Below, in pieces: positions 51,932 to 62,745 of a DNA stretch of 64,000 bases. The number at the start of each line of letters is the position of its first letter. Position 1 is the stretch's first letter. The notes beneath the pieces are model-generated. The model did not search any database, was not told the origin of the DNA, and worked only from the letters and a program-made list of their open reading frames with translations. Made by a program: the position numbers and the translations under genes. Where the stretch lies: assembly GCA_944391025.1 (NCBI GenBank), contig CALXSC010000088.1, positions 8,278 to 72,277 on the forward strand, given 5' to 3'. Source of the stretch: an uncultured Rickettsiales bacterium. GTDB lineage: Bacteria > Pseudomonadota > Alphaproteobacteria > Rickettsiales > UBA1997.

Positions 51932-53728
51932 TTATTCAGAAAGAAAGGCAGTCATATCAACAACCCTAATCAGCTCTTCTAATGTTGTAAGTCCGCTTAA
52001 AACCTTTCTAGCGCCGTCAACCTGCATAGTTACATAGCCTCTTTTAGAAAGATATTCCAATATTTCTTTTTTTCTAGCTTCCCTAACTATCATGTCATCT
52101 ATTTCTTTATCTACATCTAGAACCTCTATAATAGCCATTCTTTGGGCGTAGCCCTTGCCTTTGCACCTTTCGCATCCTGTACCCCTATATAGATGGTCAA
52201 CACCCTCCATTTCCTTTTCCCCTAAAACTCTTGTAAGAATTGTTTTTTCTTCTTCTGTTATAGGATATTCATGCTTGCAATATGGACAAACAGTTCTAGC
52301 CAACCTCTGTGCAATAACAGCGATTAAGGCGCCTGACAATAAATATGGCTGAACACCAATCTGTAAAAGCCTAGGTATTGCAGAAAATGCGTCATTGGTA
52401 TGCAGTGAAGTATAAACCTGGTGGCCGGTCATGGCAGCCTGCACGGCCGCAATAGCAGTTTCCTGGTCCCTAACCTCACCCACCAATATAACATCCGGGT
52501 CTTGTCTTAAAAGAGTTCTTATGCCCTCAGCAAACGTAACTCCAATCTCTGGATTAATATTTGACTGTCTAATTAACGGCAACCTATATTCAACAGGATT
52601 TTCAAGGGTCATTATATTTATGTCCATGCTGTTAATCATATTCAAAAGAGTATAAAGCGTAGTGGTTTTACCAGAACCAGTAGGACCAGTCAAAATAACA
52701 ATACCGTCAGGTCTTTTTATACATTTTTGAACTATAGCCATATTTTTTTCATTAAAGCCAAGCTTTTCAAGGGATAATATGGACTGTTTCTCGTCCAAAA
52801 TTCTCATAACTATATTTTCACCAGCGACAGTAGGTTGGGATGAAACCCTGAAATCAATATTTCTTCCCAAAATAGTACTTTGAATTCTTCCATCCTGGGG
52901 TTTTCTAGTCTCGGCAATGTTCATGCCGGCCATAATTTTAATACGAACCGCAATGGATGCCCAATATTTGTTATGGAAAGTTCTTATTTGCTCCATTTTA
53001 CCATTAATTCTATATCTCAGTCTTAAAAAGAAATCCTCAGGTTCAAAGTGCAAATCCGACGCGCCACTCCTAACGGCATCTGTTAATAACGCATCAACAA
53101 GACGCACCATAGGGCTTTTATAGTTGCCCTGCATACTTTCCTGGTCATCAAAATCTACCTTTGCACCCTCAATTTCCTTTAGAATACCATCAATAGACAT
53201 TTCATAGTCATAGTATTGGTCTATTGCTTTTAATATATCAGTTTCCGTAGCAAAAACAGGTATTATTTTAAAATTAGCTGGGAAAAATCTTTTTATCTGG
53301 TCCAAAGTAATAATATCATATAAATCTGATATCGCAACAGTTATGCTACTTCTAGTAAATGAAACTGGTATTATCTTATTTTGAATAGCAAATCCCTTTG
53401 GCACCTTATGAACCAGTCTTTGATCGATTATGGATGATTTTAGATCAAACTTTTGGCTTCCAGCCTGAGCGCTTAAAACTTCGCCAAGCATAGAATCAGT
53501 TATTAATCCCATCTTTACCAATATATTTCCAATACTTTCAGTACTGTTCTTATCTTTTTTCTCTTTTAGAGCAACATCCAATTGGTCTTTTGTTATAATC
53601 TTTTTATCCAATAACAATTTGCCAATATCATTTTCACCAAAAGCTTTATTTGCAACCTGTTGTACAACCTTTTTATTTTGCTCTTCCTGAGGGTGATTTT
53701 GTTGATCTTTATTAGTATTATCAACCAT
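51932..53728 (-). CDS. GspE/PilB family secretion/pilus-assembly ATPase
   Basis: ASDLHFEP, PQDGR, GPTGSGKTTTLY, LRQDPDVILVGEVRD, tetracysteine motif. Confidence 0.95.
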   Translation of the reverse strand: MVDNTNKDQQNHPQEEQNKKVVQQVANKAFGENDIGKLLLDKKIITKDQLDVALKEKKDKNSTESIGNILVKMGLITDSMLGEVLSAQAGSQKFDLKSSIIDQRLVHKVPKGFAIQNKIIPVSFTRSSITVAISDLYDIITLDQIKRFFPANFKIIPVFATETDILKAIDQYYDYEMSIDGILKEIEGAKVDFDDQESMQGNYKSPMVRLVDALLTDAVRSGASDLHFEPEDFFLRLRYRINGKMEQIRTFHNKYWASIAVRIKIMAGMNIAETRKPQDGRIQSTILGRNIDFRVSSQPTVAGENIVMRILDEKQSILSLEKLGFNEKNMAIVQKCIKRPDGIVILTGPTGSGKTTTLYTLLNMINSMDINIMTLENPVEYRLPLIRQSNINPEIGVTFAEGIRTLLRQDPDVILVGEVRDQETAIAAVQAAMTGHQVYTSLHTNDAFSAIPRLLQIGVQPYLLSGALIAVIAQRLARTVCPYCKHEYPITEEEKTILTRVLGEKEMEGVDHLYRGTGCERCKGKGYAQRMAIIEVLDVDKEIDDMIVREARKKEILEYLSKRGYVTMQVDGARKVLSGLTTLEELIRVVDMTAFLSE

Positions 53729-53742
53729 AAAAAGCTATAAAA

Positions 53743-54228
53743 TTAATATTTATAAATACTCAATAAACCTTGCAATTGCGTCAATACTATATAGGCGTCA
53801 AAACAACCAACCAAAATATAATTTGGAGTAGAATCCCATGACCTTAAAAGTAAAAATTTTTGAAGATTTTCTTTTCTCTGCTCTTTTTTTATCGCTTCAA
53901 TTTCCTCTTTAGTCTTTCCAGCATACAACTCTTTTTTGGATGGCTTAACAACCCTATTTTCAGGTTGAACCTTCAAGGTTTTTCTTATACATAGAATGTG
54001 CCAAAAGAAATAAACAGCAAGAAAAACAAAAATGATAGTAGCAATAAATTTATTGTTTATGGAATAGATGCTCCTCTGCAATAAAAAAGTTATTACTAAT
54101 CCTGGTACAAGACCCCATAAATAAAGCATTGTTTTAAAATTAGCCTCACCTTTTGAAACAAGAATAACTTCTTCTTTAATTTTATTTAAAATTCCAAGGG
54201 ATTTATTTTTTAAATCTTCTTTACTCAT
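53743..54228 (-). CDS. Hypothetical membrane protein
   Basis: Two to three hydrophobic segments; co-oriented with the ATPase gene. Confidence 0.7.
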   Translation of the reverse strand: MSKEDLKNKSLGILNKIKEEVILVSKGEANFKTMLYLWGLVPGLVITFLLQRSIYSINNKFIATIIFVFLAVYFFWHILCIRKTLKVQPENRVVKPSKKELYAGKTKEEIEAIKKEQRKENLQKFLLLRSWDSTPNYILVGCFDAYIVLTQLQGLLSIYKY

Positions 54229-54312
54229 ACTTGATATACCGAATTTAATTTGCTATATTTATACTAATAAATGTTTTTTTTTAAATTACAAGATAAATTA
54301 CTATTTTTTTTC

Positions 54313-54341
54313 TTGACAATAAAAAAATTATAGTTTAAACT
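54313..54341 (+). promoter_or_regulatory. tRNA promoter
   Basis: TTGACA-N17-TAAACT, 12 nt upstream of the tRNA. Confidence 0.7.
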
Positions 54342-54353
54342 CAGTAAAGCTGA

Positions 54354-54428
54354 GACCCCTTAGTCTAGCGGTTAGGACACCAGGTTTTCATCCTGGCGAC
54401 ACGGGTTCGAGTCCCGTAGGGGTCACCA
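54354..54428 (+). tRNA. tRNA-Glu(TTC)
   Basis: GACCCCT/AGGGGTC acceptor, CCAGG-TTTTCAT-CCTGG anticodon arm, GGTTCGAGTCC, CCA. Confidence 0.97.
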
Positions 54429-55011
54429 ACTATTAACATTAAAGACTCAAAATTTAGAAATTAATGATTTAAAATCATTAATATTTTTTTATCTAAACAT
54501 AATTTATATAAAACACCATAGCCGTAAATATTTTAGCCATAGCTAACTTATTTTCATCTTGCAGCTTAAAAATCTACTTTCCTTACAAATTGTTTTGTCT
54601 TGACAGCAAGTTTTGTATAATCCGCGATCTGACATTGACAAACAATCACGAAGCATTGCGTGCTTGCTTCAAATCATTAATAAAAAATAAATATGGATAC
54701 TCTACGAAACATAAAAGCTACAGAAAATGTACTTGTACAATTTCACAAATGATGGATTTGACCAAATCATTTAACAAAACACTGAAGCAAATGAAAACGA
54801 GCAAGAAACTGAAGGTTTGCGAGAAAATGTCTCTGTATAGCAAGTCAATACAAACATTATATTCTATACTTAAAACCAATATATCGGTATTTATAGATAG
54901 TTATTTTTAAATTTTCTATAAATTTATCTGCTATGCTCTTATAAATCACCTCTTGAAAAAATGAAAAATTAAAGTAATAATACTAATAAATAAGCAAATC
55001 AATATAGAAAA

Positions 55012-55716
55012 ATGAAAAAATATCTAATAAATTCAATGGAAAATATGCGGGATATAGGTGGATGTATAACCGCTTATGGTAAAATGCCATATCAAAAAAT
55101 AATTAGAAGCAATTTGCCACAAAATTTATCTTTGGAAGATCTTTCTTTTTTAAAAAAAATAAAAATAACCACCGTCATTGACTTTCGTAGCGAATTGGAA
55201 TACAGTAAAAAAATCTCATCTTTTGAGGGAAATAAAAATTTTAATCTTTTTCATTGCCCTTTTGTTGTTGGACGAGATATTCCATCTACTCCACAAGATG
55301 TGCCATTATCCTACTTGCAAATTTTAGAAGATAAACAAAATGTACTAAATATCTTAAATATTATAGCTGATGCCGAAGATGGAGTTTTGTATTTTTGCAA
55401 TGCTGGCAAGGATAGAACTGGAGTTATAACAGCATTGCTTATGCTATTTTTAGGCGTAAATTATGAAGATATAATTACAGATTATCTGCTTACAAAAGAA
55501 TATTTGGCAGATATGCTGGCAAAATTTATTGAAATTTCAGAGAAAGATATTTCAAAAATAATCATCCCGCATGCAGAATTTATACAAGAATTTATTGATG
55601 GTTTTATTGGCAAATATAAGAGCGTTTCCAATTATATGAAAATGATAGGATTTTCAGATGATATGCAGCTTAAATTAAAAAACAAATTAATCTATAATGG
55701 ATCATCTAGTACATAA
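55012..55716 (+). CDS. Tyrosine-protein phosphatase (Y_phosphatase3/PtpB-like)
   Basis: NMRDIGG, VIDFRS, FCNAGKDRTG P-loop, DYLLT. Confidence 0.92.
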   Translation: MKKYLINSMENMRDIGGCITAYGKMPYQKIIRSNLPQNLSLEDLSFLKKIKITTVIDFRSELEYSKKISSFEGNKNFNLFHCPFVVGRDIPSTPQDVPLSYLQILEDKQNVLNILNIIADAEDGVLYFCNAGKDRTGVITALLMLFLGVNYEDIITDYLLTKEYLADMLAKFIEISEKDISKIIIPHAEFIQEFIDGFIGKYKSVSNYMKMIGFSDDMQLKLKNKLIYNGSSST

Positions 55717-55839
55717 ATAATTTTTCCACAAAAAATTATTTTTATGCTAAATCTAATATTTAGGTTGTTCATTGCAATAATCGCATATATTTAAGAGTAA
55801 ATATTGATATTCCAACTAACTCATTGATACAAATTAATT

Positions 55840-57024
55840 TTAATTTAGAGATTTTGACCTATTAATGCAATTTCCATATACATAGCTCCAATTTCCATTA
55901 TTTTCACATCGCAAAGTTACATATCCAACCATATTGTTATTTGTACATTCTAAAGTTATTTCTTCATTTAATGCAACTCTTTTTAAATATTTTGTTTCTA
56001 TAGCAGCCTTTAATTCTCCAGCAGATAAAAAATTTCCGCCAATTACATTATTAATGTTGGATTCACCGCATCCTGGTACGCATGGGTATATTATATCGCT
56101 CCACTTGCCATATTTGAGGCATCTCCTAATTGGTCTATATGTATTGTCAGCAGTATTTATATTTGGATTTTTTGATATATAGCCACTAGGGCATGCAGAA
56201 TTAGAAACTATTTCAGTACTCTGTTGACATATTTTGTTTGGACAATTTACATTGCTGCTATAGCTCCAATCGCCATCAGTACTCTTTAGGTCATCTAAAT
56301 TACAAAGCATATCTTCCAAATCAGCCTCTAAAATAATATCATTCTTTTCCTTATAGATAACCATATCATCAAAATCTTCATTTATAACATCTTTTATAAA
56401 ATACTTAGTAAAGTTGCTTTTGTAGGCGTTGCCGCTATCGTCAAGTGATGTGTCAACTGTGTTTTGAACGCCATTTCTAAAGGCGCCATTTTTATTTAAA
56501 CCTGGACTAAATAGAAAATAAATTGCACGATTGGTTATAGTGTCGTCATTTAAATTTTTTACAGTTATAGCTTCCCCTCCGCCACTTAAAAATGTTGATT
56601 TTTTACCGTAATTCTTATGGATTATATAGGCTATACTGTTTTTCCAACTATCAACCCCATAATCATCAGTTAAGCCCAGAGTTTTTGTTGGCACAGATCC
56701 ATATATTAGATTATTATTCAAATATGAAGAAGAAGCCGCGTAGCAGTCATCGGATGAGTTCCTTAGTTCAACCCCATAGGATGAATTAGTATTTGCAAGC
56801 GTTATATTTGCAGGACATGGCAGTTGTCCTTTTTCCAAAATATATTCATTTATAGCCTTTTCTATTCTATTCAACTTGTCTAGTGCAATATTTCTATGGG
56901 AGTTGTTTAGCATGGATATTTGAAAATTAATTCCAGCGACAGTAACTATACCGATTATCATTATAGTTATACTCATTTCAAGCATTGTAAAACCAAAATT
57001 TTTAATAGTTTTTCTAATCTGCAT
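55840..57024 (-). CDS. Prepilin-type domain protein with Cys-rich C-terminus
   Basis: KNFG/FTMLEMSI, LPCPA, G.VP.K.LGL, DSWKN. Confidence 0.85.
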   Translation of the reverse strand: MQIRKTIKNFGFTMLEMSITIMIIGIVTVAGINFQISMLNNSHRNIALDKLNRIEKAINEYILEKGQLPCPANITLANTNSSYGVELRNSSDDCYAASSSYLNNNLIYGSVPTKTLGLTDDYGVDSWKNSIAYIIHKNYGKKSTFLSGGGEAITVKNLNDDTITNRAIYFLFSPGLNKNGAFRNGVQNTVDTSLDDSGNAYKSNFTKYFIKDVINEDFDDMVIYKEKNDIILEADLEDMLCNLDDLKSTDGDWSYSSNVNCPNKICQQSTEIVSNSACPSGYISKNPNINTADNTYRPIRRCLKYGKWSDIIYPCVPGCGESNINNVIGGNFLSAGELKAAIETKYLKRVALNEEITLECTNNNMVGYVTLRCENNGNWSYVYGNCINRSKSLN

Positions 57025-57907
57025 ATTTAAAAATTCCCAATCTTCCATATTTAAAACATTTTACCTTATACTTTTTACTGGTACTTTCTATTTCCTCATT
57101 ATATCCCAAATAATTTCCAGCTGGTATACTAAAACTAGGGCTGTCAGAAATACTATTGGAATTTAACAAATTTGAAATTATTGTATTATCAATTCTACAG
57201 CTTATGTCTTCAAGTTTTGTATCATTTATTATCTGCATTCTAGTCTTATATTTAAGTATGTCATCATTAGTTTTATAATCGCTAAAGTATACGTTTTCAT
57301 TTGTATAACTATCACCAAGATTTCTTGACTCATATGTGCCTATTCCAGTAGTTGAAAGTTTAGAATTTGATTTAAAATCAAATGCGCCAAACTTATTTTT
57401 TCCATTAGAAACGAGTGAATATAAAGCCCTATCAGTTATTAATTTTGTTGTCCCATTATCATATATTTTAATTCCGCTATATGATGAATTATTCATTTTT
57501 CTAATATTATTGGTAGCGTCTATAGAAACGCTATAGATAATTTTACCATTCCAAGAGTCATGGGATATATCGGGAGTAAGGTTTAATTCTTTATAGGGCA
57601 CTCCGCCCCTAACAATGCCGCTTCCAGAAGTAACATATATGCCCGTAGTAGCATTAGTAGCACTGCATGAGGATGCAGATTCGCCGCTGCTTACCTTCAA
57701 TCCTGCGGGACATGGTAATTTTCCATTTTCTATAACATATATATCAAGGGCATTTTGTATTGCGTTTAATTTTATAATCGTAGCTTTAATGTTGTTTTGA
57801 AGCATAAAGTGTTTGCCCGCCTCAAAGCTTCCGATAAAAAGAAGTCCAATTATAATTATAACGATAGATAACTCCACCATTGTAAAACCTTTAAAATTCT
57901 TCTCCAT
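57014..57907 (-). CDS. Prepilin-type domain protein
   Basis: FKG/FTMVELSIVIIIIGLL, LPCPA, GGVPYKEL, DSWNGKI.Y. Confidence 0.88.
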   Translation of the reverse strand: MEKNFKGFTMVELSIVIIIIGLLFIGSFEAGKHFMLQNNIKATIIKLNAIQNALDIYVIENGKLPCPAGLKVSSGESASSCSATNATTGIYVTSGSGIVRGGVPYKELNLTPDISHDSWNGKIIYSVSIDATNNIRKMNNSSYSGIKIYDNGTTKLITDRALYSLVSNGKNKFGAFDFKSNSKLSTTGIGTYESRNLGDSYTNENVYFSDYKTNDDILKYKTRMQIINDTKLEDISCRIDNTIISNLLNSNSISDSPSFSIPAGNYLGYNEEIESTSKKYKVKCFKYGRLGIFKYAD

Positions 57908-58167
57908 TGCAATTATATAGTTAGGATTAAATCCAATGTACAATATTATTTAAAAAAAAACAACATTTTATTGCAAAAAATAATAGCGATTATACATCTA
58001 AATAACATCCAGATATTGGCTAATCTTTTCCTTGATTTTATATTTTATTTTTATATATTCTACAATTAAATAACTATTATATGAGCCCGTAGTTATTTGG
58101 AGATTGAAAACCTCCATAGTAAGCGGTTCAAATTATTAGCGATATATATATATAAAAATTTTTCAGA

Positions 58168-58437
58168 ATGCTAAGTGGCATGTACCAAGAGGAACTTGGA
58201 AGATTGCTAGGCATAACATATCAGCAGCTATCAAAATATGAAAAAGGGGAAAACAGGATAAATCTATCAAAGCTGATTATAGCGTGTCATTTTATGGATG
58301 TAAAAATAGATGAATTTTTTAAAACTTTAAACATAATAAACAGTAAATATATTAACTATGGAAAACATATAAACAAATATCTAAGCTTGAGCGATTACAA
58401 CAAGGATTTAGTAAATAAAATAATAGAGATACTATAA
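58168..58437 (+). CDS. XRE-family HTH regulator (N-terminus possibly truncated)
   Basis: QEELGRLLGITYQQLSKYEKGENRI. Confidence 0.8.
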   Translation: MLSGMYQEELGRLLGITYQQLSKYEKGENRINLSKLIIACHFMDVKIDEFFKTLNIINSKYINYGKHINKYLSLSDYNKDLVNKIIEIL

Positions 58438-58501
58438 AATCTATTGAATAAATAAAAAAATATAATAGGATTAATTTATTATAATTATTATAGGAATAGC
58501 A

Positions 58502-59299
58502 ATGAAACTACCAATAGTAGACCCAATAATTTTCCAGATAGGTCCTCTGGCTATAAGATGGTATTCACTGGCCTATGTTGCAGGATTAATTTTTGCCTGG
58601 TTAATAATAAAATACTTCAATAAACAAAACAAAGTTTTTGATGAAAAAAAAGTCGGTGATGACTTTTTCATGTACGGAATTTTCTCAATAATATTAGGGG
58701 GGAGATTGGGATATGTGCTATTCTACAACCTGCCCTTCTATCTAAAACATCCAATAGATATACTTAAAATATGGGAAGGCGGCATGTCATTCCATGGCGG
58801 ACTAATAGGTGTAATAATTGGTTCCTATCTGTTCTGCAAAAAACATAAAATAAACCTGCTATCTTTTACAGATTTATTGGCAGTAGCAATTCCAATAGGA
58901 CTATTCTTCGGAAGGATAGCAAATTTTATAAACCTTGAACTATATGGACGGGTAACAACTTCAAAATTAGGCATGGTTTTTCCAGGTGCAGGTGATATGC
59001 CACGACATCCAAGCCAGCTATATGAAGCATCGCTTGAGGGATTGCTGCTTTTTATAATACTATTTTCATTAGCAAAGTTTACAAATATAAAAAATCGCAA
59101 AGGATGTTTAAGCGGAATATTTTTAATTGGATATGGAATTTCAAGATTTACAGTTGAATTTTTCAGAGAGCCAGACATACAAATTGGATATATAATGAAA
59201 TACTTTACGCTTGGTCAGCTGTTAACTATACCAATAATAATTATAGGAATATTGCTAGTTGTCCGCTCAATGAATAGTAAAAAAATAAAAGACCTATAG
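58502..59299 (+). CDS. lgt: Prolipoprotein diacylglyceryl transferase
   Basis: IRWYSLAY, GGRLGYVLFY, GGMSFHGG, GRIANFIN.EL.GR, HPSQLYE. Confidence 0.98.
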   Translation: MKLPIVDPIIFQIGPLAIRWYSLAYVAGLIFAWLIIKYFNKQNKVFDEKKVGDDFFMYGIFSIILGGRLGYVLFYNLPFYLKHPIDILKIWEGGMSFHGGLIGVIIGSYLFCKKHKINLLSFTDLLAVAIPIGLFFGRIANFINLELYGRVTTSKLGMVFPGAGDMPRHPSQLYEASLEGLLLFIILFSLAKFTNIKNRKGCLSGIFLIGYGISRFTVEFFREPDIQIGYIMKYFTLGQLLTIPIIIIGILLVVRSMNSKKIKDL

Positions 59300-59324
59300 A
59301 AATATAGGCCTTTATTAACGGAAT

Positions 59325-60671
59325 TTATTGCTCTAGTACTGTATTGCGTTCTGCCAGTTTAGCGTTTCCTATTTCTCTAAACCTATTTACTCTTTCCATA
59401 GCATCCTCCGATATAATATCATTTGATAGCATTATTTGGGTATTCATATGCTGTAGCAAAAATGAAAAATCCCTGCATGGAATATCCTGAAGATAATATG
59501 GATTATCTTCTATAAAGAAGCTTTTGACACTATTTATTGAATCATCAGATACCCTTAGCATTCTTAAAACATTGCCTTTTTCATCAAATAGTTTTTCTAT
59601 AAAGTCATTTGGCGTAAGAAATAAAACTTCTTCAATAGCCCCATGCAGTTCCTCAGGCCTTCTTTCTATTTCATCTGCTATGCTATCAGCAAAAAATTTT
59701 GCAATAGACTTTCCGAGCTTTTTATAGTTAACGCCTTTAAAAGATTCATGCAAATCTTTAAGGTCATCTAAATCTAATTCCTGGAGCTTTTCAGTAAACC
59801 CATTAAAAGAAAAAAATTCTTGAATAGCATCAATATGCTCTGGATTATTGGCTACGCTAGATCTTAAAAATTTAATAAAGAACGTTTCTGGAGCATCAAT
59901 ATTCGCAGTAAAATTAGCCAAACCTGACCTTGAAATCATTGCAGCTTCTTGAGATAATGAAGTAGCGCCACTTTCAAGTTCGCTAGAAAGCATAGCATTT
60001 TGTAAATTTTCAATATCTTCCTGCGCTAAACCTTCCATGCTTAAAATTGTTCTCATTGTATTATAGCCTATAAGATTTAAATTATCTATATTTTCATATT
60101 CTTCATGTTCAGAGCTGTTTTCAACTTCTAATGCGTCTATCTCAACTGGAGCATTGAAACTGCCAACTATATTTGGCATATTTTCAACACCATCAAATTT
60201 GACTTTACGCATATTTGAATTTCTAAATTCTAAATTTTCAAAATGAGAGCCGCTAAAATCAACATATCTAAAATCACATTCGTCAAAAGTTGAATCCGTA
60301 GAATGTATGCTGCTAAAATTTGAATTGCTAAATATAGAATTGACAACAGATGAATTATTAAAAGTAGAACCGCTAAAATTTGAATTTGTAGCACTTAAAT
60401 CATCAATATCAATATCTGAAAAGTTTGAATTTGTAAAATTGCAATCATCAAAAACACAGCAGTTAATTTCATCAGCTCTAGACCAGTCGGTATTAGAAAA
60501 ATTCAATTCCTCATCACATCCAATCATTTCAGAGATATCAATGCCAGAAAATTCTCCAACAAAAACAGCACCAAAAAAATTTCTTTCTCCAGATTCTATA
60601 AGGCTAATTAATCTTTCACTATTTATTTCCTGATTTTGATACATGCCAGAAGGCAAAATTTCGTTTTCCAT
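59325..60671 (-). CDS. Pentapeptide-repeat protein with orphan C-terminal domain
   Basis: Tandem F-x-x-S-N/D pentapeptides in residues ~30-165. Confidence 0.85.
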   Translation of the reverse strand: MENEILPSGMYQNQEINSERLISLIESGERNFFGAVFVGEFSGIDISEMIGCDEELNFSNTDWSRADEINCCVFDDCNFTNSNFSDIDIDDLSATNSNFSGSTFNNSSVVNSIFSNSNFSSIHSTDSTFDECDFRYVDFSGSHFENLEFRNSNMRKVKFDGVENMPNIVGSFNAPVEIDALEVENSSEHEEYENIDNLNLIGYNTMRTILSMEGLAQEDIENLQNAMLSSELESGATSLSQEAAMISRSGLANFTANIDAPETFFIKFLRSSVANNPEHIDAIQEFFSFNGFTEKLQELDLDDLKDLHESFKGVNYKKLGKSIAKFFADSIADEIERRPEELHGAIEEVLFLTPNDFIEKLFDEKGNVLRMLRVSDDSINSVKSFFIEDNPYYLQDIPCRDFSFLLQHMNTQIMLSNDIISEDAMERVNRFREIGNAKLAERNTVLEQ

Positions 60672-60716
60672 ATAAAAAATATTTATTATCCAATATCAAA
60701 AAATATTCCAATATTT

Positions 60717-61343
60717 TTAATATTCAAGAATAATATCTATTATATCTTTCTGCAAATCTTCTATTGATTTATCTTCCACATTTATCAACTTAACCCTTTT
60801 AGAATTTTCCTTAACCAAATTTAAAAACCCATTCCTAACCCTATTATGAAAATCAATTTTCATATCTTCATATCTATTCTTATCGCCTCTTTTATCAGTT
60901 CTTTCCAATCCCTGTTTTACATCTAGATCAAGTATTATAGTTAAATCCGGCTCAAAATCATCCAAAACTATTTTTTGAACCTGTTTTATTTTGTTTAGGT
61001 CAAGTTCATAGCCATATCCTTGGTATGCCATGGTGGAATCAAAATACCTGTCCGAAACTACGACCTTGCCTTCTTTCAATAATGGTTTAATTTTCTTTTC
61101 AGTATGGTCTCTGCGGGCCGCATACATCAGCAATAACTCTGTTATGCCATCCCATTTATTAACCGCACCATTAACCAATAGTTTTCTGATTTCCTCAGCG
61201 CCTTCACATCCGCCGGGTTCTCTAGTCCAAACAGCCTCAATACCATTATTATTTAAATATTCAACAAGCAATTTAGATTGAGTGCTTTTTCCAGCGCCTT
61301 CCACACCTTCAAAAGTTATAAACTTTCCCTTTAGTTTTTCCAT
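60717..61343 (-). CDS. tmk: Thymidylate kinase
   Basis: FITFEGVEGAGKST, TREPGG, DRYFDSTMAYQG. Confidence 0.97.
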   Translation of the reverse strand: MEKLKGKFITFEGVEGAGKSTQSKLLVEYLNNNGIEAVWTREPGGCEGAEEIRKLLVNGAVNKWDGITELLLMYAARRDHTEKKIKPLLKEGKVVVSDRYFDSTMAYQGYGYELDLNKIKQVQKIVLDDFEPDLTIILDLDVKQGLERTDKRGDKNRYEDMKIDFHNRVRNGFLNLVKENSKRVKLINVEDKSIEDLQKDIIDIILEY

Positions 61344-61344
61344 T

Positions 61345-62676
61345 TTATTCACCTTCATTGACCATTTTTTCAAAATCCTCACTGCACTTTTCATAAAAAA
61401 GACTATTTTCAATATCATTTATTGACGATAGCAGCACGGTTATCTTCTCTTCCCTCTTCTCTTCCTCCATAAGTTCTTCTATTTTTCTAAATATATTTCC
61501 CATATCATACATTATAAAATAGTTAACCTCATTATCCCTAAATATCTTTAAAATCTCTTCATCATAATTTCCTATTATAAATACATATTTTACTTTATTG
61601 AAGCAGTCAACTAATTTTAAAAATTCACTAAATTCAAATTCTATTTCGTCTATACACAGAATCCAGTATATATTATCAAATGAAATTAGGGACTGTGATT
61701 TATTTTTGTTCTTTATATCATTTATAAATACAAAGTTTTCTTTATGCAGCACAAGTTCAAATATATCATCGGAAGTCTTAAAATTATATAAATCTTCAAC
61801 AATTTCCTGCACATTATACCCTAATTTCATAAGCAGACTTGAAACAGCCAAAATATTAGTCTTATTTTGCTCGCCATCAAGATTTTTAAATTCATTAGTT
61901 ATAAATTCATCATTTTTGTCATTAATGTTTATATACATCTCATTATTAACAAAAGAAACGCCATTTCTTTGAATTTTATTTATAGAAATTGGAATAAGCT
62001 GGGATTTACAATTATCATCTTCTTTTATAGAATTATAGAACTCCTTTACATCTCTGTTGTCAACATTTAATATTGCAAAATCATCCTCAGTTTGATTTAG
62101 AAACATATTTTTAATCTTAACTATATCATTTTTATTATAGTTCAAATCAAACAATATAATATCATTAAAGTGGGGAGACTGCAGTAGCGGAAATACCTCC
62201 TGATTAAGTTCAAAAATATAATTTTTAGTATCGCCAAATTTTGCCAAAGTAAAATATGATTCCTTCTTGCAAATATCATAATCTAAATTCATTTTCATTT
62301 TACAAAAAAGATACTTTAGCATATCAGATGCAATTGAGGAACCAGTTTCACCAATAAGACCTATATAATTATATTCAGAAAAATACTTTTCAAAAAACTC
62401 AATAATGGAGAAAACGGCGCAGTTGTTCTTTTTCGCCGTCTCAACAATACTTTTGTCGTCCTGCCATACAACCAGACAATCAATTCCGTTCCAATCTATG
62501 TTAGTTCTATCAATAAAACTAACCAATTCACTTTTTTCAAAACTGAAATCACATCCTTTTTCGTCAACAATAAGAACATTGACATCATTTCTTGATAGAA
62601 AATTTGCAAATTTTTTTATTGTGAGATTCAAACCGAAAACAGCTACCTTTTTATTAATAAGTTGACTTATGGGCAT
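61345..62676 (-). CDS. Degenerate MurD-like protein
   Basis: KKVAVFGL start and overall MurD layout (AILNVD, LDGEQNKTNILA, FINDIK), but the P-loop is altered. Confidence 0.6.
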   Translation of the reverse strand: MPISQLINKKVAVFGLNLTIKKFANFLSRNDVNVLIVDEKGCDFSFEKSELVSFIDRTNIDWNGIDCLVVWQDDKSIVETAKKNNCAVFSIIEFFEKYFSEYNYIGLIGETGSSIASDMLKYLFCKMKMNLDYDICKKESYFTLAKFGDTKNYIFELNQEVFPLLQSPHFNDIILFDLNYNKNDIVKIKNMFLNQTEDDFAILNVDNRDVKEFYNSIKEDDNCKSQLIPISINKIQRNGVSFVNNEMYININDKNDEFITNEFKNLDGEQNKTNILAVSSLLMKLGYNVQEIVEDLYNFKTSDDIFELVLHKENFVFINDIKNKNKSQSLISFDNIYWILCIDEIEFEFSEFLKLVDCFNKVKYVFIIGNYDEEILKIFRDNEVNYFIMYDMGNIFRKIEELMEEEKREEKITVLLSSINDIENSLFYEKCSEDFEKMVNEGE

Positions 62677-62745
62677 AATGTAATAAAAAATCCTTTTTTT
62701 TAATTTATAAAACTTTCTAAATTAAATATCAATAGATATAGTCAA

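Noticed and set aside
54590-54910. 106-aa ORF after tRNA-Glu
   Set aside because: TTG start, no RBS or recognisable domain; cannot be supported as a gene.
58142-58154. (AT)6 tract upstream of the XRE HTH gene as a phase-variation switch
   Set aside because: An in-frame TAA (58153-58155) remains in the HTH frame whatever the number of AT units.
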